A stretch of DNA of 63,739 bases, filler included, from Octopus bimaculoides (GCF_001194135.2; 7 parts of 6 records of this genome joined end to end with filler, not necessarily neighbours in it); one strand, 5' to 3'. Shown: positions 27,598 through 40,513, counted from the first letter of the whole stretch. Program-made: numbers and translations. Notes: generated from the sequence alone by a model not told the origin.

Positions 27598-28450
27598 TTA
27601 TCTATCTATCCATACACACACACACACACACATACATTTCTGGTAAGAGAGATTCTTGTTGCAAGAAAAACTATAAAATGATGACACTGTTATTCAAGTT
27701 TTATTGAACAAACTACTATGTACTAGTTCTTTATTCTTTAGTAAATGGCATCAAATACTTACAGCATGGACTACTGATATAATACTTTAGTAATATACAC
27801 AAACAACTTCACTTTGTTACAGGAGATATGATGAAAGACCTTTATTACTGTTGCCCGTATAATAGAGATAACATAATACACTAGTGAGAATAAAAACAAA
27901 AATACTACACAGACCCTTACACGCATATGCGCACTCAGACACATACATACACCTACACACAAACACACTCTCTCTCTCACATGTTGGCCCTTAGTGGTCA
28001 CTCAACCTGATATAAATAAAAGCCAAGTCTTGCTCAAATTTCCTCCTACCATCTTAAGAAATAATCTTTTCTATTATAGGCACAAGGCCTGAAATTTGGT
28101 GGAGGAGGATAGTTGATTACATTGACCCCAGTACTCAACTGGCACTTAATTTATCGACCCCAAAAGGATGAAAAGGAAAGTCGACCTCAGTGGAATTTGA
28201 ACTCAGAACATAGCGATGGATGAAATACTGCTAAGCATTCCATCCAGTGTGCTAACGATTCTGCCAGTTCAATGCCTGGTTAGTGCATCTTAAGAAATGA
28301 TGTTGTACAGAACATATTACACCTGAAAGAGTTGGGGGTGATCACAGTTGAGTTGCTCTCGACAGTCATATGTTTGGTCAGGGCCAACTTGGAATTAAAC
28401 AACTATAATGACATACATGCTCACACACACACATGTATGTGTGCAACCAG

Positions 28451-28481
<31 letters not shown>

Positions 28482-28685
28482 TACGTATGAACTATAGAGA
28501 GAGCCCCTGTATGTAACTTCAAGAACTGCTAGAAATAGCTGACAAAATTGCTCAAATTACATTTTGCTGTCTTAAGAATAAAGGGGCATGTCAGATAATG
28601 TTGAGCAAGACAGTATTAACTTGGAACTGAACAACAATATCTATACACACACACACACACACATATGTATATGTATATAAACATA

Positions 28686-30007
28686 CAGGGGTTGGACAAA
28701 ATAATGGAAACACCTTAAAATTTCAAACAAATTTAATTTAATATGAGGTAGGACCACCTTTGGCAGTAATTACAGCTTGAATTTTACATGGTATGGACTC
28801 ATACAAAGTTTGAATTGTTTGCAAAGGAATTTTTGTCCATTCTTCAGCTAAAACAGTCTCCAGTTCTTGTAGTGATGATGGTGGAGGATATCAACTCCTT
28901 ACTTGTTTTTCTAAAATGCGCCATAAATGTTCAATAATATTGAGATCTGGGGACTGTGGTGGCCAAATAAGATNNNNNNNNNNCCATAAATGTTCAATAA
29001 TATTGAGATCTGGGGACTGTGGTGGCCAAATAAGATGTTCAACTTCAGTAGAATATTCCTCGTGCCATTCAGTAACAACTTTAGCTGTGTGAATTGGTGC
29101 ATTATCATCCTGAAAGAATGCGTTTCCCTCTGGAAACAGTTCCGCAACCATAGGATGGATTTGATCTGATAAAATGCTTAAATAGTCTTGTCTATTAATT
29201 CTGCCATGAAGGGAAACCATTGGGCCGGCAGATTTCCAAGATATAGCCCCCCAGATCCTCCTCCATGTTTAACAGTTGGAAGAAGGCAGTCTGCGTCAAA
29301 TGTTTCTTTTGGCTGTCTCCACATGTATATTCAGCCAGTGGTCGGAAATAAGGTAAAGAATGACTCATCCGAGAAAATAACATTCTCCCACTGCTCTAGG
29401 GACCAATTCTGTCGGTTTTTACTCCACTCTAAATGCTTTGCAACGTTTGTTTTTGAAAGTAGTGCTTTTCTGATTGCAGCCCTCCCGTGAAATCCAGTTC
29501 TGTGCAGCTCCCGGCAAACAGTTTTGTGGAAACTGGGTTCTCAAAGTGGTCATTAAACTCTGCAGTAATTTTGGGAGCTGTACTTTTGTGATCCTTTCTA
29601 ACAATTCACGTAAGAGTCCGACAGTCCCTATCTGAAAGTTTTGGTTTTCTTCCGGAGTTTTGTTTCGATGAGGTTTTTCCCTCTTTCTCAAAGGCTGTCA
29701 TTACTTTCAAGACAGTACTTCTTAATACACCTAACATTTCGTCTGTTTTCGTTACGCTAGTGCCTGCCATACGAGCACCAACAATTTGACCTCTTTGAAA
29801 GTCCGATAGCTCTGTCATTTTAATGAAGTTTAATTAACTTCTGATGATATCTGAAAAGAAACATCAATTTTTAGCAAAACATATTAAGCAACACTAATAA
29901 TAAATAAAAAAAAATGTGAAAATATACTAGCTTTTGGTGGTTTTATAAATATTTTAAAATTATGATACTATGATGCTAGGTGTTTCCATTATTTTGTCCA
30001 ACCTATG
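28686..30007 (-). mobile_element. Near-full-length Tc1-family DNA transposon with frameshifted DD34E-type transposase
   Basis: About 30-bp TIRs (cagg-ggttggacaaaataatggaaacacct and its inverse), TA at 28684-85 and 30008-09, 1.32 kb. Transposase pieces: MTELSDFQRGQIVGARMAG (paired-like HTH), FSDESSF, FQDDNAPIH, WPPQSPDLNIIEHLW. Confidence 0.93.
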
Positions 30008-30116
30008 TATGTATGTATGTATGTATGTACATACGTACGTACGTATGTATGTATGTATGTATGTATGTATGTATCACATGCATATACACAGTGCAATTTG
30101 AAGTGTAACCATTCTC

Positions 30117-30281
30117 TTAGTCTGGGCGCCTTATTTCAGTTCCTTTCATATATGTTCCTAATTTTTCCAGTTGTTTGTGTACTTTTTTACTGACATTGTT
30201 TACAATTTGGATGTTTGTTTCAATGATGCTTTTTGAAATATCCATCTGGTCAACAGTCAGTTGGTCTCTTTTCTGTATTTT
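30117..30281 (-). CDS. Coiled-coil protein terminal coding exon J
   Basis: Acceptor tttttaacttgcag, phase 0. Encodes KIQKRDQLTVDQMDISKSIIETNIQIVNNVSKKVHKQLEKLGTYMKGTEIRRPD, then TAA at 30119-30117. Confidence 0.82.
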   Translation of the reverse strand, partial: KIQKRDQLTVDQMDISKSIIETNIQIVNNVSKKVHKQLEKLGTYMKGTEIRRPD

Positions 30282-30391
30282 CTGCAAGTTAAAAAGAAAA
30301 AAAAAAGAAGAAGAGAATATTATAAAGAACTTTTAAATAATTTGAAGTTTCTTTATTAAAATTATGCTTTTTAAAAGAAATTTTTGTTTAA

Positions 30392-30611
30392 CCCTTTAGC
30401 ATTCAAACCATCCATAATATCCAGACTAAATATTCAACCTGTTTTATGGTCAAACTAGCCAGATCAAGCCTCTCACAAATATCCTGCAATGTCCTAAAGA
30501 TAAACAGTCATATCAGGAAAGTCTCAAAGCTACAAGATGATGCATGATTAGTTCAAAATTATGTAAATAAATAAGCATCACATTTGAGAGAATAACTTAA
30601 ATACTGAAGGA
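30392..30611. mobile_element. TTAA-flanked MITE (piggyBac-like ends, family P)
   Basis: ttaa|ccctttagcatt ... TIR with TTAA flanks, about 220 bp. Same family at 36692-36911, about 37690-37906, 51647-51867 and 51888-52106, with fragments at 19958 and 20620. Confidence 0.7.
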
Positions 30612-31733
30612 TTAAATTAATTTTTTATGAACTCTTATGATTTTCCAGGCATGAAACCAAAATATTGTTAAAGTGAACCAATAAGTGCAGCCATAGCTGT
30701 GTAGTAAAGAAGTTTGTTTTGCAATGATGTGGTTTTGGATTCAGAATGTGTGGTAACAGAGGTAGCCAATGCTTTGTGAGTGAAATTGTTTGCTGGAAAC
30801 TACATGGAAGCCTATGATATATGAGTCTGTGCATGAATGTTGACATTTCTTGGCTTTGCTTAACACCATCTGAGTAAAACAGTGATATGATGTCACTCTA
30901 TCTGGTAGAAGACTGGTAGAATGAAAGCAATGTCCTCTACTTGAAGACAGGTAAAGATTGGTATCCTAAAACCCTGATTTATGTCCCCATCCAATCCACA
31001 TCATCATCATCATCATCATCATCATCGTCGTCGTTTAACGTCTGCTTTCCATGCTAGCATGGGTTGGATGATTTGACTGAGGACTGGGCTACAGAAAAAT
31101 GGGCATTAAATGTATACCTGAATGAATTCAATTAATTATCAATTTAATTCTCAACTTGGATATAGCTTTCTTCACTAATGAACTTTCTTCTCAAGAAAAA
31201 CCCACTCAATCCCCCCTCAAAGTACACTGTACTCTCATAAAAAATGGCACATTAGATAATGTCATCCAAGATACACTGCTTCCAATATATGACAGGGTAG
31301 TCATGACTGGAATGCCTCTGATCATAGGTCTCCTCAGTATGAGTTAATCTGGTACTACACATCAACAAGAACAATAACAACAGCCATTCTGCCCCTGGGA
31401 GCATATAAACATTCGTGTGAAACAGCAAAATACACAAAAAAAAATATCTAAAACAAAATCGTCTGTTTTTAAGAAAAAATAGAAAGCAATTTTAGGTCAT
31501 TAGTTTTTAGTTTTTAGTTATGTGAATATTTGTTTAAATTCATAAGATAGAATGATTAGTTATGAATGCTGAATTAAACTGACTCCTGTATCTAATTTAT
31601 TTTATTGATTCAACTGAGTGGAAAAGCAACATTAACCCCTGGAGAACTTCATCTTAAAACATTTATTTTTTTTTATGACATTGTTGGAGAAACAAGAGCA
31701 GTGGCCATGACACTTTTCTTTTAGGGCTGCTGA

Positions 31734-31808
31734 GACTGTTTGAGGAAGGGACTGTTTGAGGAAGGGACTGTTTGAGGAAGGGACTGTTTGAGGAAGGGAC
31801 TGTTTGAC
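31734..31808. repeat. 16-bp minisatellite (GGGACTGTTTGAGGAA) x about 4.5
   Basis: Head-to-tail perfect copies with no spacers. Confidence 0.95.
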
Positions 31809-33250
31809 CAAAGGCCTGACTTGGTTCTACCAGCAAAAGAGACACCATTAAAATTTACAAGAATCAGGGTTCCATAATGATATCATTGATTATTTAGGTA
31901 ACGAGCTGACAGAATTGTTGGTGCATTGGACAAAATGCTGAGTGGCATTTCTTCAGGCTTTAGGTCCTGAGTTCAAATACTGCAAAGCTGACTTTGCTTT
32001 CCATCCTTTCAAGGTCAATAAAATAAAGTACCAATCAAGTTCCAGGGTTGATGCAATCAACTAACCCCTTCCTTCTGAAATTACTGGCCTAGCGCCAAAA
32101 TTGGAAATAATTCATCATTTAGAATTCTCTCATTTAGCATCCTCGTTCATGCTGGCATGGGTTGGATGGGTTGACCAGGGCTGCACCAGATTCAGTTCTG
32201 ATTTGGCATGGTTTCTATGGCTGGATGCCCTATACATACACACATACATACATACATACATACATACATACATGCATACATACATGCATGCATGCATACA
32301 TACATGCATATAAAATAATATATATATATATGGGTGTGTATTTATATGTGTATACATACATATAAATGTAGACATATATTATTTCTATAGTATTATAAGT
32401 TTAGCTCATTTTACAACCAATTATTTAGAAACAGTAGTTTTATTCCTAGTTGAAATCATTTTACTTACATCAGTGAAATATTTAGGACAGACATAATTAT
32501 CAAAATTACTATTTCCCTTCCCTTTCAAAATAATCTCAGTCTTCATGGTTATTGAATAAACAATTATTATTATCTCATCATTCTGTACTCACAATCATTC
32601 TGAATTCAATTATCTTTCCCTTATTACTTTATTTAACTCTCCATTTCACCATTGATGACCTTACTGTTAGTTTCGTCACACTGCTGCATTTCAGAACAAG
32701 AAGCTTATATTATGTTTCTTTCTATCACTGTTTTCTATTCATAACAAGCTCGTTATATTATCTCTTAATTAAGCTACGAAATAATATTTTATCAAACTAT
32801 GAAATATATTTTACAAAAGAGTTACTTCAATTCTGTACTGCACTTTTCCATGGCAACTACAATGGTAAGTACAGTGGGCTCTTACCAACCCCACTCAAAC
32901 CCTACTGACTGACTGACTGATTTATCTCTCTTCTCCTTGTTACCCGTATTGTGTTCACACCTTCAAGGCCAGAAATGGGAGGAAAACAGAAAGTAAAGGT
33001 AATGAACACAAAATAAGGGAAATTCTCTCTATGCTGGTGGCATAATAAAATGCCTTCAGTACATCCTGTAAAGTGGATGATGTTAAGAAGGACATCCAAC
33101 TGAAGAAATCATATCTAAAATGAAACATGAGACATGTTCCTCAAAACTTTCCAAGAACGTAGAAACATCAAATAAGAACTGACTCTTGTACTGTAACAAC
33201 TTGTCGAACCTATGCCACGATGATGATGATGATGATGATGATGATATGTA

Positions 33251-33283
<33 letters not shown>

Positions 33284-33839
33284 GTGTGTATATATATAGA
33301 AAAATACAAGTATATCAAATACCATACAACGTATACTCTTGATTTATTCAAACGATCTCTGTCTCAATGGAATGGATCAGAATAACCAAATGGCATTTAA
33401 GACCAGCTCCACTTGAGAAGGGGAGACAATCTCAAGAATCAAGAATTATTCTCCAAAGCTGACATGTCTTTTAGGACAAGGACAGTCTTATTGTCTGGAG
33501 ACAACTAGACAGTTGTGGACATATATTTTGGCCTCATTAGGCATCATCAATTTGATAATTGTTCTCTCTTATCTCCAACAGCCAAGGAACATAGACTTAT
33601 ACAAAAAGAACAGAACACATTTAAGGCCTAGGTAATTTGCATTATTTATACAAAAATGAGCTGAGTGAAAGAACTCAGAGTGGCCAGTAACATGTAGCTA
33701 AGTAACACAAATACAGTTATCTCCCCATTTTATTGTCTTACTTTCCATCCTCTCTCCATTCTTTTCTTTCTTTTTCTTACAAGCTTACTCTCTCTTTATC
33801 ATAAAAGTTTAGTTATCCCATACCTAACACATGCACACA

Positions 33840-33874
<35 letters not shown>

Positions 33875-33925
33875 AGTGAGATAAAGAGACCAATGGCATA
33901 AGTAAATTTATATTTTATGTAGAGT

Positions 33926-33974
33926 GTCTTACAGCTGTTTCAGGGAATATTCAATGTATCCCTTCATCGGAGAC
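33926..33974 (-). ncRNA. Minimal type-I hammerhead-ribozyme-like motif (U4C core variant)
   Basis: Minus strand: GUCU-CCGAUGA-AGGGA(uacauugaauau)UCCCU-GAAA-CAGCUG-UA-AGAC. Stem I 4 bp, stem II 5 bp, palindromic stem III, GUA triplet. Confidence 0.75.
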
Positions 33975-35409
33975 GGTAATAGTAGAAAATAAGGATTATT
34001 ACATCTGTATGAGGAGGTTTGCAGTAAGAAATGAGAGTGATGCGGAGGAGAAAAAACAAAGAAGAAACAGTACTGTTTCTTCTTTGTTTTTTCTCCTTTC
34101 AATTGCCCTGTTTCGTTTATTCACTTTTTGTTTTGTTGTTTTACGATTTTTGTTTGTTGTAGTTTTTGCTGCAAGCAAAAGTCTGAATTATTGATCAGAT
34201 ATTTTCTTTTGAATCTCCAACACAAAATACCCAAAGCTATACATTTCGAATCAGTTGTGTCTGATGTGTATTTAATTATTCTTTCCTTGTAGGGAAGATT
34301 AATTATTGCAAAACCATTTGGTTACTTTTGGCAGTATATGGAGCTAAATTTATAATACTGTATAGATAATATACTCTCTCTTTTACCTTATATTGAGTGA
34401 TCTCTTTCTTTCTGACTTATAAACCATCTCAGACAACTATATAATGTTGATATGCATAAGATAATAATAATAACAATAATTCACAGAAAACAGGCATGGT
34501 ATTCAATGTGATACAGGACATACGTTTCAGCAAAATGCCATATTTATTATATAATAGTTGCAGGAAGCATGCACTTCATCACATCAGTGTTTAGCACTGA
34601 TGAGGTGAAGTGCAAAATTGCATAATGCTTCTATAATTGTTATGTAATTCAGTTCTATATTTAATTTAGAGAGTTGGTACAAAAAATATGTAGCCAACTT
34701 GAGAACACAGGAGGGGAGGAGAGATTTAATTTAGGAAATTACATGAAGAATTAAGGTGAAACGAATGCTAAAAGAGAGGGATTAGGAAGTTATATATTGA
34801 AGGTCAATTTAAATAATTAAGTATTAGTAAACAGTAATTAGTAAATAATACACATTAAAGTATTAATAGCGATGGCAGATGAATGCATGAAAAGATTGAA
34901 AAATGAGAGAATATCTTAGCAATGCATAACTGGGCATCCAAGAAATGGCTGAGTTGGAAAGAATTGCGTGAAAAACGGAGGAAAACATGCGAGTAAAGAG
35001 TTTTATAGATATGCTACGACCAGAAGTGGACATTAGGGAGAGTGCTGAAGACAATAGCAATGATAGTAACAGAGGAACATGAGAAGCCATAGCGAGTAGG
35101 AAGGAATAAGAGAATAGTATGAAAAATATTTAGCCAAGCCTTTTGAATAGTTTCTGTCCAACAAATTCCATTTCTAAGGTATTAGTCTAATGACCAAGAT
35201 CTTTGGCAATATGCTGTGTTGTGCTTGAGAAGACTCGTCAAGCCAAGTGAAATCATAGTTGTGGCCATTGCCAGTGTCATGTGAATGGTACCCATAAAAT
35301 CATAATCATGGTCATTGCTGATGCTGGGAAGGCACATGACTGCTGGGAAGGCACATGACTGCTGGGAAGGCACATGGCTGCTGGGAAGGCACATGGCATG
35401 CTGCTGCTG

Positions 35410-35720
35410 GGAAGGCGCATGGCTCAGTGGTTAGAGCGTCGAGCTTATAATCGTGAGGTTGTGAGTTCGAATCCCGGACCGGGCTGTGTGTTGTGTTCTT
35501 GAGCAAGACACTTTATTTCACGTTGCTCCAGTTCACTCAGCTGTAGAAATGAGTATCGGCCCTTGCCTTTCCCTTGGATAACATCGGTGGCGTGGAGTGG
35601 AGAGGCCTGTATGCATGGGCGACTGCTGGTCTTCCATAAACAAACCTTGCCCGGACTTGTGCCTGGGAGGGTAACTTTCTAGGTGCAATCCCATGGTCAG
35701 TCATGACCGAAGGGGGCTCA
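35410..35720 (+). mobile_element. tRNA-head SINE, family C (little-diverged copy)
   Basis: tggctcagtggttagagcg (A box), gagttcgaatccc (B box), CpGs retained. Relatives at about 6930-7100, 16870-16985, 38430-38525, 45955-46160, 48410-48490 and 50610-50720. Confidence 0.85.
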
Positions 35721-36363
35721 GCAGGTCATTGCTGGTAACATTGGGCTGATGAAGGTGAGGGATGGGGTGGTGCAGCGTAATCTTCAAATGTGGGCCTCAT
35801 GGAGGTGATGACAAGTGAGCAAGACCTTTGGTGATATGCTGTGCTTGAGAAGTATCGTCAAGCCAAAGTGAAACCATAGTTGTGGTTGTTGCCAGGTCAT
35901 GTAAATGGCCCCTGTGAAATCATAGTAATGACCATTGCCAGTGTCATATAAATGGCACCCATGCTGGTGGCACATAAAAAGCACTCATTATACTCTTGGA
36001 GTGGTTGGCATTAGGAAGGGCATCCAGCTGTAGAAACCATGCCAAATCAGACTGGAACATGATGCAGCTATCTGGCTCACCAGTTCCAGTCAAACCATCT
36101 AACCCCTGCCAGCATGGAAAGTGGATGTTAAATGATGATGATGATGATGATAATGTAGTTATGCTATCAGATACTGCTCAATGTCTGAATGTATCTGAAG
36201 TTTGCTTTGTAAATATGCAGGTAGTGAGATTAAATCTGGACCTGCATATTTGCAAAGCAAACCCCTTAACTACTCTGATATTTTATCCTCCCATCATATT
36301 AATTTCTCATGGTACTTTAATGATTATGTTCAAATACTTCAGGTTTGTCACATAATTTCTTAC

Positions 36364-36407
36364 CTCCTGCATGTCCGACATAGTTGTGAGGTCTTTTGAG
36401 AATTCCT
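36364..36407 (-). CDS. Coiled-coil protein exon I
   Basis: ttttatatttcag / gtaaga, 44 nt, phase 1/0. Encodes EFSKDLTTMSDMQE and bridges the phases of exons H and J exactly. Confidence 0.83.
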
Positions 36408-36691
36408 CTGAAATATAAAATAAACACAACTCTTTACAAACAATTAAATATATTTCTCATTTCTTTCAGTTGATTAGTAATCACCATTTAACCCTAAGTT
36501 GGTTCTGATGGAACCAATCTATAATCAAGGATATTCCATCTATGACCATCATGTCTTTTATTCTGTGTCAAGGACAACATTGTCTTGTGTACAGGACCTA
36601 TGAGAAGTGCTACACAGTTAGTACATCACCCGGGGGGGGGGGGGATGTCTAGAAAGCCAAAGTGACAATCTGCTGGATTTCCATCCCTTAA

Positions 36692-36911
36692 ACCTTTAGC
36701 ATTTGAACTGGCCATATCTGGCCCGAATATTCTATATGTTTTATGTTCAAGCTGACCAGATCTGGCTTCTCACACCTATCCTACAATATCATTCTAAAAA
36801 TAAACAACCATTTCATTAAAATCCCAAAGATACAAGATGCAGCATAATTAATTCAAAAGAATCTGAATAAATAGACATTAAATTTGACAGAGCAACCTGA
36901 ATGCTAAGGGG
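36692..36911. mobile_element. TTAA-flanked MITE (family P)
   Basis: ttaa|acctttagcatt ... aatgctaagggg|ttaa. Confidence 0.75.
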
Positions 36912-37379
36912 TTAAAAAAAAAAAATTCTCAGCACCTTTGAATTTTGAAAGGAACTCACCCCACTTTACTTAAATTCCTCCTTGCTAAATTTCTTTTAGA
37001 TGCTCTACTTAAGAGTCCTTTTCATTCTAAGATGGAAAGGTGTGATATGAGGGAGAGTTGGGTGTTATTTCTACCATGTCAATTGATCATGCAGAGGCTC
37101 CATGTTGACTCATTTAGTTGATGTATTCAATGGCACTAAGTAATACTACTATAAAAATGTCAGCAGTCTGTTTCATAGATATCAGAGGAATAAATAATAT
37201 AATCATTTCTTCCTTATGTTCTCATCCATAGCCATCATAATTGCTTGTTTTCTCCCTCATCATCTTCTACTTCACTGTTGTTATAGCAATATGATGATGT
37301 AACAACATTTAACGAAGTCTGGTTGTAATCCTAAGTCAATTTCACATGCTGTCTCCTAAATTAACATATTCAGTAACAA

Positions 37380-37575
37380 ACCAACATGAGAGTCTCTACG
37401 TGGTTTATCAACATGCTAGAAATAACAAACTTTCCTCAAATCACATGCTACAATCTTAAGGAAGAGACACATTAGATAATGTAGTCCTACATATCCTAAA
37501 AAAAAAAGCAGGATGGTCACTAAAATGCTAGTGACCATAGGGTTGCTCGATCAATGTTGACCTGAGGGTAAACAT
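37380..37575 (+). repeat. Unclassified interspersed repeat (family E)
   Basis: Shared motifs atgctagaaat...cattagataatgtagtc...ggatggtca recur at about 4390-4620, 28500-28640, 31150-31340, 36475-36590, 36940-37110, 44950-45060 and 46160-46320. Confidence 0.55.
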
Positions 37576-37976
37576 CAACACAAACATCTTTAGTAGTTTA
37601 TTTAGACAGCAGAGATGATTAAATGGCTGGTTAATAGAGATAACCAGCTAATAATTTCAGTGGTCTTGTTTGTGCCCATGTGTAACTCTATGGCCTTTAG
37701 ATTACTCTGTCAAATTTAACACTTATTTGATTATGTTGCTTTGAATTAATAATGCATTATCTTGTAACTTTGAGATTCTGATGATATGATTATATATTTC
37801 TAGAATGACATTGTAGGTTAGGTGTAAGAGGCCAGATCTTGACAGCTTGGATGTAAAACAGGTAGAATATTTGGGCTGGATATGGGTGGTTTAAATGTCA
37901 GAAGGGTTAAGGTACTTAAATCTGAAATAGCTCAGTTCACTGAGCAGTAAACAGATACCACTGACTAAAAACAAAC

Positions 37977-38007
<31 letters not shown>

Positions 38008-38368
38008 ATTATATATATAATTATATGTATTTCTTCTATCTTAATGAATAATAATTCTTCGGATAGAATAAATGGGTTAATAGAAACCAATGTAGCAAAG
38101 AACACAAAATAACTTTGGTGTTGTTCCTGTTTTTAAGGCAGGAACTCCTTGAAATTTTGGGTATTTGAGTATATTTAAAAATTTAAGGAATGGAGAAAAC
38201 GCATGTTATAATTGCATACTTTATTCCTACATATGTTTCAAAGGATTACAACCTATGTTGTTTTTAAGGTTGTAATCCTTTGAAACATATGTAGGANNNN
38301 NNNNNNNNNNNNNNNNNNNNNNNNNNNNNNNNNNNNNNNNNNNNNNNNNNNNNNNNNNNNNNNATATA

Positions 38369-38401
<33 letters not shown>

Positions 38402-40410
38402 GATATTTCTGAAGTTGTCAACTCATGTAGAAGCATGTGGCATAGTTGTTAGAGTGCTGCACTCATGATCATAAGATTATGGTTTTGACTCCTGGACTGG
38501 GTGATGAGTTGTGTTCTTGAGCACAGATATATATATATATGTATGTATATCTCTACTACATATGTAGGAAATTCGTCTGTGTTTGTGGAGTTGTTAGTTA
38601 ACTCCTACCTCATTTTATCGATTTTGATGAAACTTGACGCATGAGTAGAACTCGTCTGGAAACCTCATCACATACTCAGCTTGTTGAAAAAAATCGATAA
38701 TAGGGCCCCTGGAAGGGATCCTTATATATATCCAAAGGAAATAACCCATTCATTTTCCTAAATCATTTGGTAAAAATGAAATTGAGTATGCTTATTTCTT
38801 AGTATTTGAACTGTTAGAGTTATTTTCGCAATTTATCCAGTACAACCCTTAAACAAGTAAATAGTATTTTCCTAAACAATAGCTCCACTTATTTCGGTTA
38901 GTGACTTATTCACGAATATACCAACACTAGTGCTCCTGAGGGTAATATTTTCTGGGAACGCACAAAAGCCCTTTTCAGAGTTATTTACTTTGAATTGTTA
39001 TTGCCTCATACCTGATTAGCCTGTTATTACGTAACATGCTTCACGATTTTGGTATACATACCTTATTAATATTTCCTCCTAAGTTCTATATACTCTGGGA
39101 ATGCATTAAAGCCCTTTTCGGGGCTACTTTTATCAGGTAACTAATTTCATGTTATTACATAACTGACTTCACAATTTAGGTATATTAAAATGTGTACACT
39201 AAATCTGCAACACTCTCTATACACAGCACCATACTTAAGGGAGAGAAAGTAAAAGAGAAAGTAAAACTGTTAACAGAGGAGGAAAAAGAATGATAATAAC
39301 AATCCTCCGATGAGGCTCGTTACAGTTCTGTGAATAAAGAGTTTATTTAAAATTGGACAAAAAAAAAATCATTGGACAAAAAGACATTGGACCAAAAGAT
39401 GTGGACAAAAATACATAGCACCCTTGGCTGGTAGCTTAATATATAGGCCCTTTGGTGATACAAGGCAAAAATTCACCTAGATAGGATTTGAACTCAGCAC
39501 ATAAGGAGCCAGAATAATTGGCAAAAATTTTAAAAATAACTTTAGTCATTTAGACAGTGTTGTCCTTTCCTCACCACATAAATATTTCTAATTAAATTTT
39601 TCAAGCTGACCACATTAAATATATCAACACAAATTTAATTATGGATATTATGGCTTTGTTTAAATTAATTATGTCTTCAGCCTGTCATTAGACTTCTTCA
39701 AACAGATAGAGTGGGCAGCACTATGAAGAATCATTGGAGAAGCTGAAATTATTAGTCTAAATATGCTACAGTAGAGGTTGTGGTGGTGGTGTTGTTGGTG
39801 GTAGTGGTGTTTTGTTGTTGGTAGTAGTTACTGTAGCAACTGGCTCAATCAGAGATGAGTGTTAAGCTGATATAACAATATAATGGGAATAGTTAAGATT
39901 GAATACAAATATTTATCAAAATTCTGATGAAAAAGCCAAGATGTATTCCTATATTTCATATTTATAAGTCAAAATGCTTATAGATATACAATATAAAATC
40001 TCATACCGTATATATGCCTTGAAAGGTTTAGTCAAGCTAATCAAACCCACTACTTATATTTTTAAGCCTGGTACTTATTCTATCAGTCTCTTTTACTGTG
40101 CTGCTAAGTTATAGGGGTGTAAACAAACCAGCACCACTTGTCAAGTAGTAGTGGGGGACAAACACAACACACACACACACACGTATCAAGAATGCCTCAA
40201 GTGGTTCATTTCTCTGGACAGAATTGTATGTTGTTCTGTTGCCACCAGCTATTTTGAAGGAAACCTTGTAGAAGACCAACAGTTAGATGGCTCAACTAGT
40301 ACTTTGGCAATGGCAACAATTGTTGTATTTGTAAAAGTAGTAGTAGTAGTAATTGTTGTTGTTGTCATCATAATAGTAGTAGTAATGTACAATGACAAAT
40401 TTTTACCTAC

Positions 40411-40513
40411 CTTTTGCATTCAAAACCTCTCTTTTAAGTTGCAAAAGTACTTTTTCAAGTTTCTCAGTTGACTTTTTAACATTTTCAGACTCACTTTCCT
40501 TGGCTAGTGTATC
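40411..40513 (-). CDS. Coiled-coil protein exon H
   Basis: tctctttaccag / gtaggt, 103 nt, phase 0/1. Encodes DTLAKESESENVKKSTEKLEKVLLQLKREVLNAK(E). Confidence 0.87.

Noticed and set aside
28919-29040. Tandem duplication of the WPPQSPDLNIIEHLW segment in Tc1 (similar duplications flank the gaps at about 801 and 61622)
   Set aside because: Identical sequence on both sides of a 10-11 N gap indicates unmerged overlapping contigs.
31734-31808. CRISPR-like array
   Set aside because: Repeats are contiguous with no unique spacers, and the context is eukaryotic.
35412-35482. tRNA gene (TAT anticodon-like loop)
   Set aside because: A and B boxes are present, but the acceptor and T stems do not pair, and it continues into SINE body sequence found elsewhere in the window.
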